This document shows, one piece after another, positions 1-14,059 of a stretch of 64,000 nucleotides of DNA. The position numbers and the translations under genes were made by a program. The notes below the pieces were generated by a model. That model ran no database searches. It was given only the letters and a program-made list of their open reading frames with translations, and was not told the DNA's origin. Location of the stretch: the NCBI RefSeq assembly GCF_044704955.1, contig NC_091999.1, positions 63,612,001 through 63,676,000 on the forward strand, given 5' to 3'. The stretch's first letter is position 1. Each line of letters starts with the position of its first letter. The stretch is from Pristiophorus japonicus. Its lineage: Eukaryota.

Positions 1-290
1 GGTTCTTTTAACCCAATAGAATTCCCCTTATATCTCAGGAACCATGTGTTCGTATCTTGTCAGCTTGGGCTGATTGATAACTTTACTACAGGAGATAGGT
101 TCTCTCACTAGTTCTTTCTTCTTGGAGAAATAATTGGTTTATAACCTTGTTTACAGCAGATGGGTTCGCTTATCTATTTCTTCCTGGGGAATTAATTGGT
201 TTATGGCCTTGAATACGGGAGATGGGTTCTCTCCTCATTATTCTTATCCTGCATCCAAGGCATTCCTATAGTGGGACTCACAGGGTTATT
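1..290 (-). repeat. Possible 3' LTR (U3-like imperfect ~58-bp repeats) of the left ERV, cut by the window edge
   Basis: About three imperfect repeats of gggttctc...taattggtttat (CCAAT on the minus strand), directly downstream of the integrase C-terminus. No clear PPT or TG boundary seen. Confidence 0.3.
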
Positions 291-454
291 GGTCGGTCAT
301 TGAACATTCAACAGTTCACAGCTTGACTACCTGATTTCCCATCATGCCTGGGCAGTCATTTTATGTGTTGTGACTTTAAACTTATATGCGTTTAGATATA
401 TCTAGCAGGTGTCTAATGCCTAATATTTTGGTATATTCTACAGGTGCCTACCTC

Positions 455-3400
455 CTACAACAATTTTTTAACTGGGTCCAGTGTTTCCACTTGCCGATAC
501 TCCTTATAAGTACCATAACTTACCATGATTACCTGATAGAGACCGATCCATTTGGATGCGATCCAAAACCTCTCTGGGGTAATCTCTTGACTGCCTATTT
601 GGGGTGTTTGGAACTTCTGTTTCTTAGTGTCGTTCTCTAAATCCTTGATTTGCGGATCTCGAACCTTTGACTCTAAATCATGCAACTGCTTACAGAGTTC
701 CATTACAGATTTCCATATTTTTTTAGTTCAAAGGGTATCATTCCTGTCGTCCGTCTAGGGATTGCCTTGAGCTTTATTTATACACGGGGTACCCTGCTAC
801 CCATCCCTTTCCAGTCTCTTTGATGTGGGATAGTTTTTGCCTAATTCCTAGGTGCAGGCCTGTTTCATTATCTTCCCTGTGAAGTGTGAACCTTGATCTG
901 AGTTCAGCTGCAGTGCCATTATTTTGTTTGCTAGGATCCTGGCCATGGTTTCTACTGAACAATTCCTAGTGGCGAAAGCTTCTACCCACTTCATAAACGT
1001 GTCTATTATAACTAAGCAGTATGTTTTCCCCTTGTTGCTAGATAATAGTCCAGTAAAATGTACCTGCAAATTTTCACAGAGTCACTTCGGTCGGGACTGA
1101 TGTCCCATTCTGACCTTTACTTTCCCCCCTGGGTTTTATTTTGCACATATCACAAGCCGTCTGCAGAGGTCCTCTATATCTCTAGATATTCCTTTCCACC
1201 ACCAGCATCTGGACATCGAGCTTATCATACTGGTTCTACCTGTATGCACATACCCGTGGTATGAATTTAATCGGCTCCCCTGGATGCATTCTGGGGCCAC
1301 CACATTCCCATCTTTTCTCCATATCCCGTCGGTCCCTTTTTGGGCCCTCTCTGCTTCCACCCCTTCTGTTCCTGCGGAGTGGCCTCTCCCTGTACCTCAA
1401 GCATGTTTAATTCCTCTGGTCCAATTGTACATGCTCCGCCTTGGGCTTCCCTGGCCAGTGTACCTGTCTCTGCCACTCGGTTGGTTGCTTCATCTGTCCA
1501 TGCATTCCCTTGTTCATACTGATCATTATTTTTACGTGTGTTTTGATCTTTATTATCACACTCTCCTGGGGTAGGAGGGAGGCTTCCACTAGATGTTTCC
1601 CAATCTCCTCATGTTTAATCGACCCTCCTTCAGAGGTCGTGTGTCTCCGTCTGCTCCCGGTTATCATATAATCATGCACTACTCCGAAAGCGTAACGACT
1701 GTCTGTATAGACGTTTACTCATTTTCCCCTAGCCATCCTGAGAGCCTCAGTTAGAACCACTAATTCAACCACTGGAGCTGATAGATTCTCTTCTAACCGT
1801 CCTTCCCCTTTGGCATGACCGCTGCTATCTACCACGGCCCATCAGATCTGTGGTGTCCCATTGATACAGCGCCAAAACCCATCTACATATAGATCCATGT
1901 CTGCCTCCTCATGCGGGGTTTCACTTGCCTGACTACTTCCCTCATCTTCCTCTTTTGGGATACACTGATGCTCCTCTCCCTGTGTAATGATCCACCCTGC
2001 AGGTGTCTTTTATTATTGTTACCGTCCCGTTGGGTGGGGTGGTGGGGGTGGAGGAGGGGGGGAGAGCGTTATTTACCACCTTGCCCTTTGTGCATCGAAA
2101 ACCGTTTTTAGCCTTCCAGTGTTAAGTAATTCTAGTAAAGTATGCTGGGTGTGTAGAATAATGCACCTTGACATTATTATTGGTTCGCTAACTCTGATGG
2201 CCCAAGCCGCACAGTCGAGGGCAGCAATGCACCTGGACAGTCCTGCAGCTACAGGTTGCGGATTATCTGAGTAATATGCCACGGTCTATGCCTGTCTCCA
2301 TGTAATTGAATCACCACCGCGTTATAATAATGGTTAATATGGTAGGTATAGACGTAAAAGGGCCTATTCTGGTCTGGTAGTCCCAGGGCTGGAGCACTTG
2401 TGAGAGTTTGTTTTAACCGCACACATGCAGTTTCTTGTTCTAGGCCCCAGTTTACTGGCTCTTAGGAGGGTTTCCTCCCTTTGACCTGGTTCTGTATAGG
2501 TTAGGCCACCTTGGCATATTCGGGAATAACATTTCTGCAGTAGTTGAATAGCCCTAGTACCTGCCTGATCCCTTTCACGGTTCCTGGTCTGGGGATTGAT
2601 TGAATTGTTCCTTACTGTCCTCGGATATCTGTCCTTCCCTTATGATATTATGTATCCCAGAAATGTTACTTCGCTCCTTCCTTCTCCTAAGTCTACTGGT
2701 TCCAAAATCCCTGACAATATTCGATGAAATATGCTCAGGCTGTTATGGAATCCCTGTGGTACTCCTGCCATGTATATTGTTTTCCTTTTACCATGAAGGC
2801 AAGTTTTCCTTGGGACTCTTTGTCTAAGGGAATGGTCCAAGTTCCATTCGCTATATCCAGCACGGTGAATATGTTATGATCTGAATCCAGGCCATTAAAA
2901 ACTGTGTCCGGACTTGCCACTATTGGCTGTTCACCGGAAGTCACCTTATTCAGGGCGGTATAATCGATAGTCAGTCGGTAAGACCTGTTGGGTTTCCTTA
3001 TAACCCACACAGGTGAATTAATGGAGGCTATTACATGTTTCAATACACTTTGCTCCTCTAATTCCTGCACTATCTGAAGACTGCTACCTCAGCTTCGGGT
3101 GTTAATTGGAACTGTCGGTGAGGTTTGTGTTCAGGTCCAGGAATTTTGATGGGTGTTATCTCTGCTAATCCATAATCTTGTTTGCATTGTGCCCACAGAG
3201 TCGGGTATAATTGGCACACGCTACCCCATACAGCCTTTGTTTCCCACTAGGGTTGGATTATGGTTGTTCCTACCACTCGTTGCTGCTGGTGTCTCGGCTG
3301 TTCGAACTTAATTCGGTTTTCGGGCTTATCCCCCCAAATTATCCGGTTATGCTGAGGATCTATCAGTACCCCCATCTCCCTTAATGTATCGATGCCCAAT

Positions 3401-3560
3401 ATGTTGTCTTCTGTATTCTGACAGCACCAAAACTGAGCAGGTAGCATAAGCCCTGTACTTCTAACAACACCATCTCACTTAGGGTTGTTTTCTGATATCC
3501 CTTACCCTCTATTTGTAAGTTGACGGTCCTATGGGTCAGGGGCAAATCTAAGTTGGTTAT
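455..3560 (-). pseudogene. pol: Decayed retroviral pro-pol (protease, RT, RNase H, integrase) of ERV-A
   Basis: Fragments in the expected order on the minus strand: NILGIDTL (protease end, ~3400); INSPVWVIRKP..YRLTIDY, VLDIANGTWTIPL, GVPQGFHNS (RT, 2640-3070, YxDD region apparently deleted); DLYVDG and VNVYTDSRYAFGVVHD (RNase H, 1670-1900); HGYVH..C..C, CLVIIDTFMKWVEAF, SDQGSHFTG and KWIGLYQV (integrase, 455-1360). Many stops and frameshifts. Confidence 0.9.
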
Positions 3561-3568
3561 TTGGTGTT

Positions 3569-4640
3569 CTATGGTTGGGGCGGTGGTTGCAGTGGTGCCA
3601 GTGGTGCTGGTACCTGTCTGAGCATGTCTATCAGATCTTCCCTGGTTAATGGTGTTCCCTTCTTTGCCTGTTGGTGGCCTCGCCTTCCTGCGCCTCTCCC
3701 ATTACTCCAGCAATCTTTGGCCAAATGTCCAAGTTTACCACAATTTTGACATCTCCCTTTAGAATTTCCATAACCTCTGCTTTTCTGCGGGCAATCCCTA
3801 CTGAAGTTGGCTTCCTGATTGCAGTTTAAACATATCAGGTGAGCTGCGCGGGAGTGCGTCTCTTCCTCCTTCGTCTCGGCTGCTACTGCTGTAGCTGCTA
3901 TTTTTGCTCTTTTATCCCTTTGTTCTAACTTTAACTCCTCTGCATGTTCTGCCCATTCCAAAGTTTCATCATAATCATCTCCAATGTTAAATGTTCACTT
4001 AATTATATTTTGATGTGCCTTTCACAGTCTATCCTTAAACATTTTCAAGAATGCTGCATCATTTCTGTTGCGTTCATCAGCCCCAAAGTGGTTTTTATAT
4101 TCAAACCAATTTCGTTCCCCATTCTCCCCAACTCTTTTCCCTGACTTTTGAGTCAAAATATTCTACTCCAAACTTTTGTCAGAATTCTGTATTTCTACTA
4201 TTTTGCTTCAGCGGTTGGTAACTTATTCAATATAATTTGTCTCCTGTGGGCTGAGAGGCACTTCCTGTTTGGTAATGTGGGCTGCTCTACATCCGCTGGA
4301 GCGAATGGTGGTGGTGCGTATCGGTGTCACTAATAAATAGCCATTATCATGTGCTGGGGCCCCTCTACTTTGCAGTCATTATCCCTGTCTGATTGACTGT
4401 TAGGTTGGGGTTGTGGACTATACTTACCCACCATGGGGTACACCGTAGAGATAGTGCACTGCACTATCCGTCTGGTCCTGCCTTTATCTCTTCCAGCTTA
4501 TTTATCTTAGCTTCTAACTCTTGAATTTGTTTTGTTTGAGTATCTATGTGTCCTCTGTAGCAGGCAAGTATTATTGCATTGCTTTCTTTGTTTTATTTTT
4601 ATTCTGACTATCCCACCATGTCCTCTGTCTGTCGGGTGAG
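3569..4640 (-). pseudogene. gag: Decayed retroviral gag of ERV-A with two zinc knuckles
   Basis: ORF 3569-3961 has CLNCNQEANFSRDC (degenerate) and CQNCGKLGHLAKDC (CCHC). A proline-rich YAPPPFAP segment lies near 4300. Directly upstream of pro-pol. 5' boundary approximate. Confidence 0.8.
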
Positions 4641-5647
4641 TCTTCTTTCTTTTATTAAGAAATCCAAACTTATAATGTCCAGTACAAATAAAACAGCTGT
4701 CAATGGAATGAGTTAACTCCACTACAGGTTTGTAAGAAGGTCTGACGTCATTACATGACTTCGGGTATTCATCTGAAAATATTTCCCCAAGTCTTTGTGC
4801 TTTCAAAACTTGATAAGAAATTAGGAATCCGTTAAAATAGCAGAAATTATTAGTAAATTTGTCATAATAAACCTTCTCAGCGGGAAAGGCAGCATTTTAG
4901 ATTAAACTCCAATTTCTCTACACATCCAATTCAAATCCTTGCCAACCAGTTTTTCATTGATTTAAAGCGAGACGACACATTTTTAATAGCTATTCTGTTT
5001 TCAGAAATCTAATTTCCACGCAATCTATGTACATTCCAGCAGTTTGGTTTTTTTAGGATCCCGTTCACTGAGCAAATCTTATGTTTTATTTCTCTCAGCA
5101 CAAAATCTAAACTTCGGTGCCGTTCCATCGTTTTTAAGAATTCTGTAACTCCCAGTTTTTTCTTTCTGTGCTGAGTTCGCCTAACTTACTACTTTTCCCC
5201 CTTTTGAATCCGAACTGAATCATTTTTTGATGACCTTACTCCAGTCCACAGTTAAACATCGTTGTTTCTCTTTCTCAGCACAAAGCTTTGTCGGGTTTAA
5301 CTCGTAAGTTTTTATATTTAAACCAATATCTTTTTCACAACCAATTTAAATCTCGTTTCTTCAAATGAGGTTTTGTAATTTGATGATCTTCCTCCAGTCC
5401 ATTTTCCACAACATCTTTGTTTCTCTTTCAAGCTGCTGCAGCTTTCAAGTTCACATTTGTATCTTTTGGTAAAAACAAACTGTCCTTTGTAAATTCAATT
5501 TGCTTTTCCAACATTTTTCTTTTCTTTTATTAATTTTCCATTTATTTCAGCGAGCATTTTATCACACTGGCCAGTTTTCCTAGGATCCTGGGGTCCCATC
5601 CCACTTTTAGCTTGAATTCCTTCTTGCTTGCACTGTGCACGATCAAT

Positions 5648-5929
5648 TTAGGCCATTTAGGACCGAGATGCGGAGGAACTTCTTCACCCAGAGAGTGGTG
5701 AACCTGTGGAATTCTCTAGCACAGAAAGTTGTTGAGGCCAATTCACTAAATATATTCAAAACGGAGTTAGATGAGGTCCTTACTACTAGGGGGATCAAGG
5801 GGTATGGCGAGAAAGCAGGAATGGGGAACTGAAGTTGAATGTTCAGCCATGAACTCATTGAATGGCGGTGCAGGCTAGAAGGGCCGAATGGCCTACTCCT
5901 GCACCTATTTTCTATGTTTCTATGTTTCT
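5648..5929 (+). mobile_element. CR1/HER1-like LINE, short 3' end fragment
   Basis: RPFRTEMRRNFFTQRVVNLWNSL (ORF2 C-terminus), 3' UTR and tttctatg-repeat tail. Confidence 0.9.
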
Positions 5930-7105
5930 AATACCAGCTTCACTGTGTTATTACCATGGCACGCTTCAGGTCATACGCCGTATATTTCATCGAACGATCG
6001 CTGGGGTACACTCTCCCTTTAGTTGTATTCCTTCTTTTTCAGGCAATACACCTATTCCACCCTTGGTTTTCAGCCTTCTGTGGTTCGTTATAACTTGTCC
6101 TGCAGCTTAGACCTTCTAATTCTTTATACAGATTACCTCCTTCCCCGTCAATGCTACAGCCATGTTGCTCCTTTCAGAGTACAACACTGCTTATCTGGTG
6201 CTATCCAAGTTCCTCCCTTCTAAATCAGATATCTTGGATATTCCTCATACTGTTCATGGATCGGACCTAACTCAGTCTTCCACCCTTGCAAACGATTCTA
6301 CCCTATACACCGTCCAAGGTTTTGTTTAATTTCCATTTTTCCTTAGCAAAGGCAAGACCAATCCCACTGGTCTAATATCTTCACTTCTTTCTCCTTCCCT
6401 AGGGGACAAAATCCCCATTCCTATTGGCTGCATCACATCAAAGCCTATGATTTTATTCCCTAAACCATTTTCTCAGTTGTCCTTCATGAATAAACAAAGG
6501 GATTTGATTACTCTCTCTCTTGTCTAGTCCCTTCTGTACCACATTCATCATACATGTCACAGAGGCTACACATGATACCTCCAGTAAGCCACATCGTGTT
6601 CCCATTCCCATTCTATATCTATTCTATTTACTCCGTCTAACCATGCTGTGGCTCCTATTCTGAGCTATCCTGTCAGCTCTCACTTTCCTTGCGATTTAAA
6701 TAGATTCTCCTTGTGTTCCCCATCTTCCTCATACCTTGGTTCCTGTTTTCTATTCTTTACTAACACATCCTTTACTAATTCTCTTCCAATTTTGTCTATT
6801 AACTGTGAATATCTCCCTTCACATAATCTAGTTGATAGATTCAATCTCATGTTGAAATCTTTTGATTTCAATTCACAATTTAAAAACGCACATTGTTATA
6901 TAATACATTTCCTGATTCAGTTACTTCTAGTCCATTATTTGTTTTACTGGATGGGACAGGTCAAGTTCTTTTTGTGAGGTGGGATGTCATTTTATTTAAG
7001 TCCCACATATGATGATCACTATCAGCATTTGTACTTGGCAAACCAATCGTTAATATTACTGATCATCATACGACATTTCTTACTTTAAAATAACCTGCCA
7101 TCATT
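5930..7105 (-). pseudogene. env: Decayed retroviral env-like remnant (non-gamma type)
   Basis: Hand translation across frameshifts gives GLEVTESGNVLYNN, GIGATAWLDGVNRIDIE (fusion-peptide-like), GLVLPLL..PWTVYRVES and GTWIAPDKQCCTLKGATWL. This motif order resembles envs of snakehead-retrovirus-like/class III fish ERVs as I recall them. Confidence 0.55.
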
Positions 7106-7619
7106 ACTTTTTTAGTTTATATTGAAGTATTTTATAATGGTCTTGAATTACTTTTTGTCCTGGAGTGATACTAACTCTTTAAGTGAACACTATTAATTTA
7201 GTGTTTGGGGTCAGTGTGTATCCCAACCCACCTGGTTCAGGGGAGTCTTCCTGGTCTCCCAATCTTCGCAAGGAGCAGGCTTTAGGGTTCTTTCTCTATT
7301 GCCACCAAAATTATGCTTTTGAGGGTCTATACCTCGGTTTATCACGGATTCCAAAACTAACCCTTTTGCGGTCCTCTGCTTCCTCCTGGAGATGGCCTCT
7401 CACTTGGATCCATGTTTTGTTGTGGAGCCTGTGAGGTCTGGCCTCCTTATCTCCCACCTTCAGCTTGTAGCTGATCTGTGCACAGCCATGACCACCTTGT
7501 CCAGACACTGACAGGCTGGCTTTTTTTGTTTTTAGCCTCTCTACAAGCTTTCTTTGTTCAGTACTTAGTGGAGGCCTTGAAACTGACGACCATTCTAGCT
7601 GCAAGGAAATCCTAATTTG

Positions 7620-8067
7620 ATCAGCATTCTCACTACTGTAAATTCTAATGCATCTGACAGGTAGCAGTGTGTTTAACTCTATCCTGATTATTTCAAAGTC
7701 GGTTTCTCGATGGAGAATGTGTCACGGCCTTGATGGTTTAAAAAGTTCTCTCACTCTCCTGAGCCACATTAGCCATTTCATGATGTGCTGTTTCGATAAC
7801 TGAGCATGCCTGAGACTCGTTTACACACACACGCAGCGGTATCCCAGTATCATGTCACATGTGACATCTGATCCAAGCCATTTGAGGTGATCTTATCAAA
7901 AGATCGTGGGGTGTCTGAAGATCATTGCTCATCTCCCTCTGCACGGTCCCGATGTCTCGGGTAGTGGCCAGGCGATCAAATTCAGTTTTCTTATTGTTCA
8001 GTGTCGGCAATGACACAAACATCTCAGAGAAATCTTAGCTATTTCCTGCACTTCCCTGACTTTAACA
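7620..8067 (-). mobile_element. Possible LTR fragment
   Basis: Minus strand begins TGTTAAAG at 8067 and shares short motifs (cagttttcttatt, atgtcaca) with the LTR-like block at 33466-33994. Left boundary unclear. Confidence 0.3.
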
Positions 8068-8581
8068 AGAGTTTACATTAACACCAGATTGTACCCAGGT
8101 GATTATTGACAATTCGCCCAGGAACAATGAGTGAAGAAACATTGCTATTTGGAGGTGTAACTTTCCTGTTTTCCTCTTATATCCTCACTCATTTCTTCTC
8201 ATTACATTTTATACAGTGTTCACCATTTCATTCATGAGCCCGGAGGAACTTTACTGTCTAATACAATATTGTCATACTGTCTTTAAACATCGATCAAACA
8301 TTCCCACTTGGCCGAAGTTTTGACCCAGTTTCTTTGTTTAATTTTATTTAACCAAACCTCTTATTGGACCTTTTATTCTCCAAAATACGCCAGAGAGCAA
8401 TTCAGTCTCCAAGAGGAAGGATGTTAGTTACGTTTAGCATAACAGGCGCCCCGAAAAAACTTATTTCTGAATACATAGTTTGGACAGAACCACAGAGACG
8501 GGACTTTTTCAAAAATAAAACTTAATTATCTCAATTTTCAGCTAAATTTTCCTTCCCATGTGTTTGACCAGCGAAGCTTAG

Positions 8582-8583
<2 letters not shown>

Positions 8584-8615
<32 letters not shown>
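8584..8615. repeat. (TA)n microsatellite
   Basis: Perfect TA run. The paralogous run at ~34553-34571 is shorter. Confidence 0.95.
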
Positions 8616-8620
<5 letters not shown>

Positions 8621-8754
8621 CAGTTTTAATTTCACAAACAAATTATGCCCAGACTTTGTCATTTTACAAAGAAGACAAAAGTAACAATTGCGTCTGGATG
8701 CAAGTCATTTATCTTCCCCTTTGAGCAGTGTATCTTGGACAATAGGATTACATC

Positions 8755-9340
8755 GGATATACGACACAGAAACAGGCCATTCGGCCCAACCAGTCCATGC
8801 CGGCGTTTATGCTCCACTCGAGCCTCCTCCCTTCTTACCTCATCTAACTATATCCACATAACCCACTGTTCCCTTCTCCCTCATATACTTGTCCAGCCTC
8901 CCCTTAAATGCATCGATACTATTCGCTTCAACCACTCCCTGTGGCAGTGAGTTCCACAGTCTCACCACTCTCTGGGTAGAGGTTTCTTCCTAATTCCCTA
9001 TTTGATTTCTTGGTGACTATCTTATGTTGATGACCTCTAATTATGCTGGTTCCCACAAGTGGAAACACTGTATCTACTCTATCAAAACCTTTCATCATTT
9101 TAAAGACATTAGGTCACCCCTTAGCCTTCTTTTTTCAAGAGATAAGAGACCTGCCCTGTCCATCCTTTCCCGATAGGTATACGATCGCCTTTCTGGTGTC
9201 ATTCTTGTAAATCTTCTCTGCACCCTCTCCAGTGCCTTCATATCCTTTTTATAATATGGTGACCAGAATTGCACACACAAAGTCTAACCAAGTTTCAATA
9301 CAAGTGTAGCCTAACTTCACCACTTTTCCATTCTATAACA
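8755..9340 (-). mobile_element. CR1-like LINE 3' fragment (paralog at ~34720-35290)
   Basis: CVQFWSPYYKKDMKALERVQRRFTRM...LEKRRLRGDL. Confidence 0.85.
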
Positions 9341-10594
9341 ATTCAATTCAAGAGCAATCAATCCCAATAATTTAACTCATTACTTTAAATTCTTCAGTCC
9401 AACTTTTTCAGCATGCTGCGACATTCGATATCTGTAGATAACTGGAGATAATTTTGTTTTAACTGCTGGATCTTTTGCTATGCCATCAACCTCTTATCCA
9501 ACTGGAACTGGCATTGCCGAATATGGTAGTCTTTGGCTACGGTATAGTCCAGAGACACAAGTCTGCATTTTCTTCAAAATGCATCAACAATGTTGGAAGC
9601 ACAGGTCTTCCTGTGACAAGCACAAACCACTAGTCTTTCTACTCTTCTTATTCAAACGTAATATTTCTAATCTAAACATTCTATGATGAAAATATCCTCG
9701 GCCAGTTGGTTGCAAACACCAACTGCTGCTCAGTGAAATCTCTCTCTAATGATAACAACCGCATTTTCCCCGATATGGAATGAACACCTTTCAGAAGCTG
9801 AATTAACCAAGTTCCCTATGCCAACACCCCTCTCATCTTCCATTCACTTCAACTGAAAGGAAAACGCCAGATTGTATCAGTCGGGATTTGAAAGATTTTT
9901 AAAACCGATGATAGATATTCTTAGAGTGAGTATTGTTCTCTATTCTGTCTACTCGAGGAGTTTGATAACAGACATTCTCCTGTGAATGTAGAGCTGGAAT
10001 ATTGGGCCGGGATGTATTTACTTGTTCATCTTGTTGACTCGAAACCGTTGGCAATTATTTGATGTGATCTGTATTTTCTTAAATACATTTCCTGAGTGGA
10101 TTCAAATTTAAATTGAACCCAGGTTTGCAGGCGTGATGCTCCATTCACACGTCGAAGGTGAGAGAGATGCTGTGGGACACACGCTAAGTCCAGTATCTGA
10201 AAGTGATTCACAGACTGGGTTTTGTGTTCAGGGCTCCCAGGCATGTTACCGACACCTTCCCACAATCCAAAGGCTAGGAAAGGCACTCTGGAAGGTAAAG
10301 GGAACTAGCATTTGTCCACGATAGTAACTGAAGGTATGAGAACTGAAATAATCCAGAGTTAGAAAGGAGAAAAGGCCCCAAAATTGTGCAGTCATTAACA
10401 GGACATCAATTAGTCTCCTCTTATCTTGGAACATTAAATGTCGACACACTCTGTTATTGAAACATCAAAATATTATATTCCAGCCCAGTTATAGGGTTAT
10501 TATCACCAGAAACAAACTTCATCTGTCGGAATGGACACGATTCAATCGGGATGTGATTAACAGCTGCAATGATAGCAGAATCCAACCCCTGCAG

Positions 10595-11546
<952 letters not shown>

Positions 11547-11659
11547 CTGCAAAACGAGCTTACAAAAGTCATCACTGTCAGTACAGGATTGAAATTCAGA
11601 ACAGACAATTCTAGTTTCTGTGGAACATTATTTCCTTCTGCTGTGCGGTTTTAAGTATT

Positions 11660-13000
11660 GACTTAATAAAAATAATAAAGAGGGAGAACGTAGATTGAGA
11701 GTAAACTGGCAAGAAATATAAATACAGTGAGAGCTTCTACAGATATATAAAAAGGAAGAGCTTGCTAAATTAAACGTTGGTCCCTTCGAGGATGAGACGG
11801 GAATTAATAATGAGAAACAGGGAAATGGCAGAGACTTTAAACAAATATTTTGTATGGTCTTCACGGTGGAAGACACTAAAAGCATCCCAATAATAATAGA
11901 TAATCAAGGGGTCACAGGGAGCGACGAACTTAAAACAATCACTATCACTGCAGAAAAAGTACTCGACAAACTATTGGGACTAAAGGTGGATGTCCCCTGG
12001 ACCTGATGGCCTGCATCCTAGGGTCTTAAAAGAAGTGGCTGCAGAGAGAATGGATGGATTTGTTGTAATCGACCAAAATTCCCTGGATGCTGGCAAGGTC
12101 CCAGTGGATTGTAAAACCTCAAATTCACACCCCTATTCAACAAGGGAGGGAGGGAGAGAGACAGCAGGAAACTATAGAGCAGTTAGCCTAACATCTATCA
12201 TTGGGAAAATGCTGGAGTCCATTATTAAGGAAATAGTAGCAGGACAGTTAGAAAATTATAATAGTCAAGCAGAGACGGCATGGTTTTATGAAAGGGAAAT
12301 CACGTTTGACAAATTTGCTGGAGTTCTTTGAGGATATAACGAGCAGGATGGATGAAGTGGAACCAGTAGCAATTGTGTATTTGCATTTCCAGAAGGTATT
12401 CGATAAGGTGCCAGATAAAAGGTTACTGCACAATACAAGAGCTCACAGGATTGGGGGTAATATATTGGCATAGATGGAGGATTGGCGAACTAACAGAAAA
12501 TACAGATAAATGGGTAGTTTTCAGGTTGGCAAACTGTAACTAGTGTGGTGCCACAGGGATCAGTGCTGGGGCCTCAACTATTTACAATCTATATTAATGA
12601 CTTGGATGAAGGGACGAAGTGCACTGCAGCCAAATATGCTGCTGATACAAAGATAGGTGGGAAAGCAAGTTGTGAGGAGGACACAAAGAATCTGCAAAGG
12701 GTTATAGACAGGCTCAGTGAGTGGGCAAAAATTTGGCAGATGGAGTATAATGTGGGAAAATGTGAGGTTATGCACTTTGCTAGGAAGACTAAAAAGGTAA
12801 ATTATTATTTAAATGGAGACTACAAGATGCTGCGGTACAGAGGGATCTGGGGGTCCTTGTGCATGAAACACAAAAAGTTAGCATGCAGGTACAGCAAGTA
12901 ATCAGGAAGGTAAATGCAATGTTGGCCTTTATTGCAAGGGGAATAGAGTATAAAAGTAGAGAAGTCTTGCTACAACTGTACAGGGCGTTCGTGAGATGAT
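11660..13000 (+). mobile_element. Decayed CR1-like LINE ORF2 (RT) fragment (paralog at ~37880-39240)
   Basis: SPGPDGLHPRVLKE, NYRAVSLTS, VPQGSVLGP, YAADTK; frameshifted. Confidence 0.9.
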
Positions 13001-13090
13001 TTTGAGGAACAGACAAAATGTCTAAGCATTGATAAATTCATCGTCTAACATCTCCAACTGAGCAAACCTGCTCTAACTATGTCAGTATTT

Positions 13091-13530
13091 GTGTCAGCTG
13101 TGACTCAGTGGGTAACACACTTGCCTCTGGGTCACAAGGTTGTGGGTTCACGTCGCACTCCAGAGACATGAACACACAAATCTCGGCTGATGCTCCAGTG
13201 CAGTGCTGAGGGACTGCTGTACTGGCGGAGGTGCTGTTTATTGGATAAGATGTTAAACCGAGGCCCCGTCTGCTCCCTCAGCTGGTTGTAAAAGGTCCCA
13301 TTGCACTATTTCAAGCAGAACAGGGGAGTTATCCCCGATGTCCTGGCCAATATTTTCCCTTAACATCAGTGAAGCAGATTATCTGGTCATTATCACATTG
13401 TAAATTGGTTGCTGCGTTTCCTACATTACGATAGTGACTACACTTCAAAAATAACTTAATTGACTGTAAAGCGCTTTGGGGCATCTGGTGGTGGTGAAAG
13501 GTGCGAAATACATGCACGTCTTTTTATTTT
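13091..13530 (+). mobile_element. tRNA-derived Deu-domain SINE (SacSINE1/AmnSINE-like), near full length
   Basis: A-box/B-box-like head (tgactcagtgggt ... gggttcacgtc), core gttaaaccgaggccccgtctg, L2-like tail ctgtaaagcgctttggg. Confidence 0.75.
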
Positions 13531-14059
13531 CTATATGTCTTTTATTACTCTCCCTTCTCCCATTGTGCCTCCTTTTGTCTGCTGTCACTTCCCCACCTCC
13601 TCTTCCCCACCCAACTTTACAGTTCATTTCTTGTGTACATGGTCTCTCTCTCTCTCTCCTTTCCCTCACTCTATCGCTCCCTATAAGCTGTCCATCTGCC
13701 ATATCTCCCAGTTCTGATCAAATGCTCTACCTGACCCATCACCATTTCTCCTTCTTTTATAGACAACAACAACTTTCATTTATATAACACCTTTAAGAAC
13801 ATAAGAGTTATGAGCAGGAGTAGGCCATACGGCCCCTCGAGCCTGCTCCACCATTCAATAACATCATGGCTGATCAGCAACCTCAACTCCACTGTCCCGC
13901 CCGATCTCCATATCCCTCGATTCCCCAAACACGAAAAATGTATCTATCTCAGCCTTGAAATAACTCTGTAAAATGGCCCCTGGTGCTTCACAGGATCATT
14001 ATCAGATAGAATTTGACTCCGAGGGTCAAAGAGGCACATTTTAAAGAGGGTTAGAAAGG

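Noticed and set aside
7311-7604. ORF as an integrase C-terminus preceding the env remnant
   Set aside because: Only a vague YKLKV..TWI resemblance and no GPY motif, so I cannot support a call.
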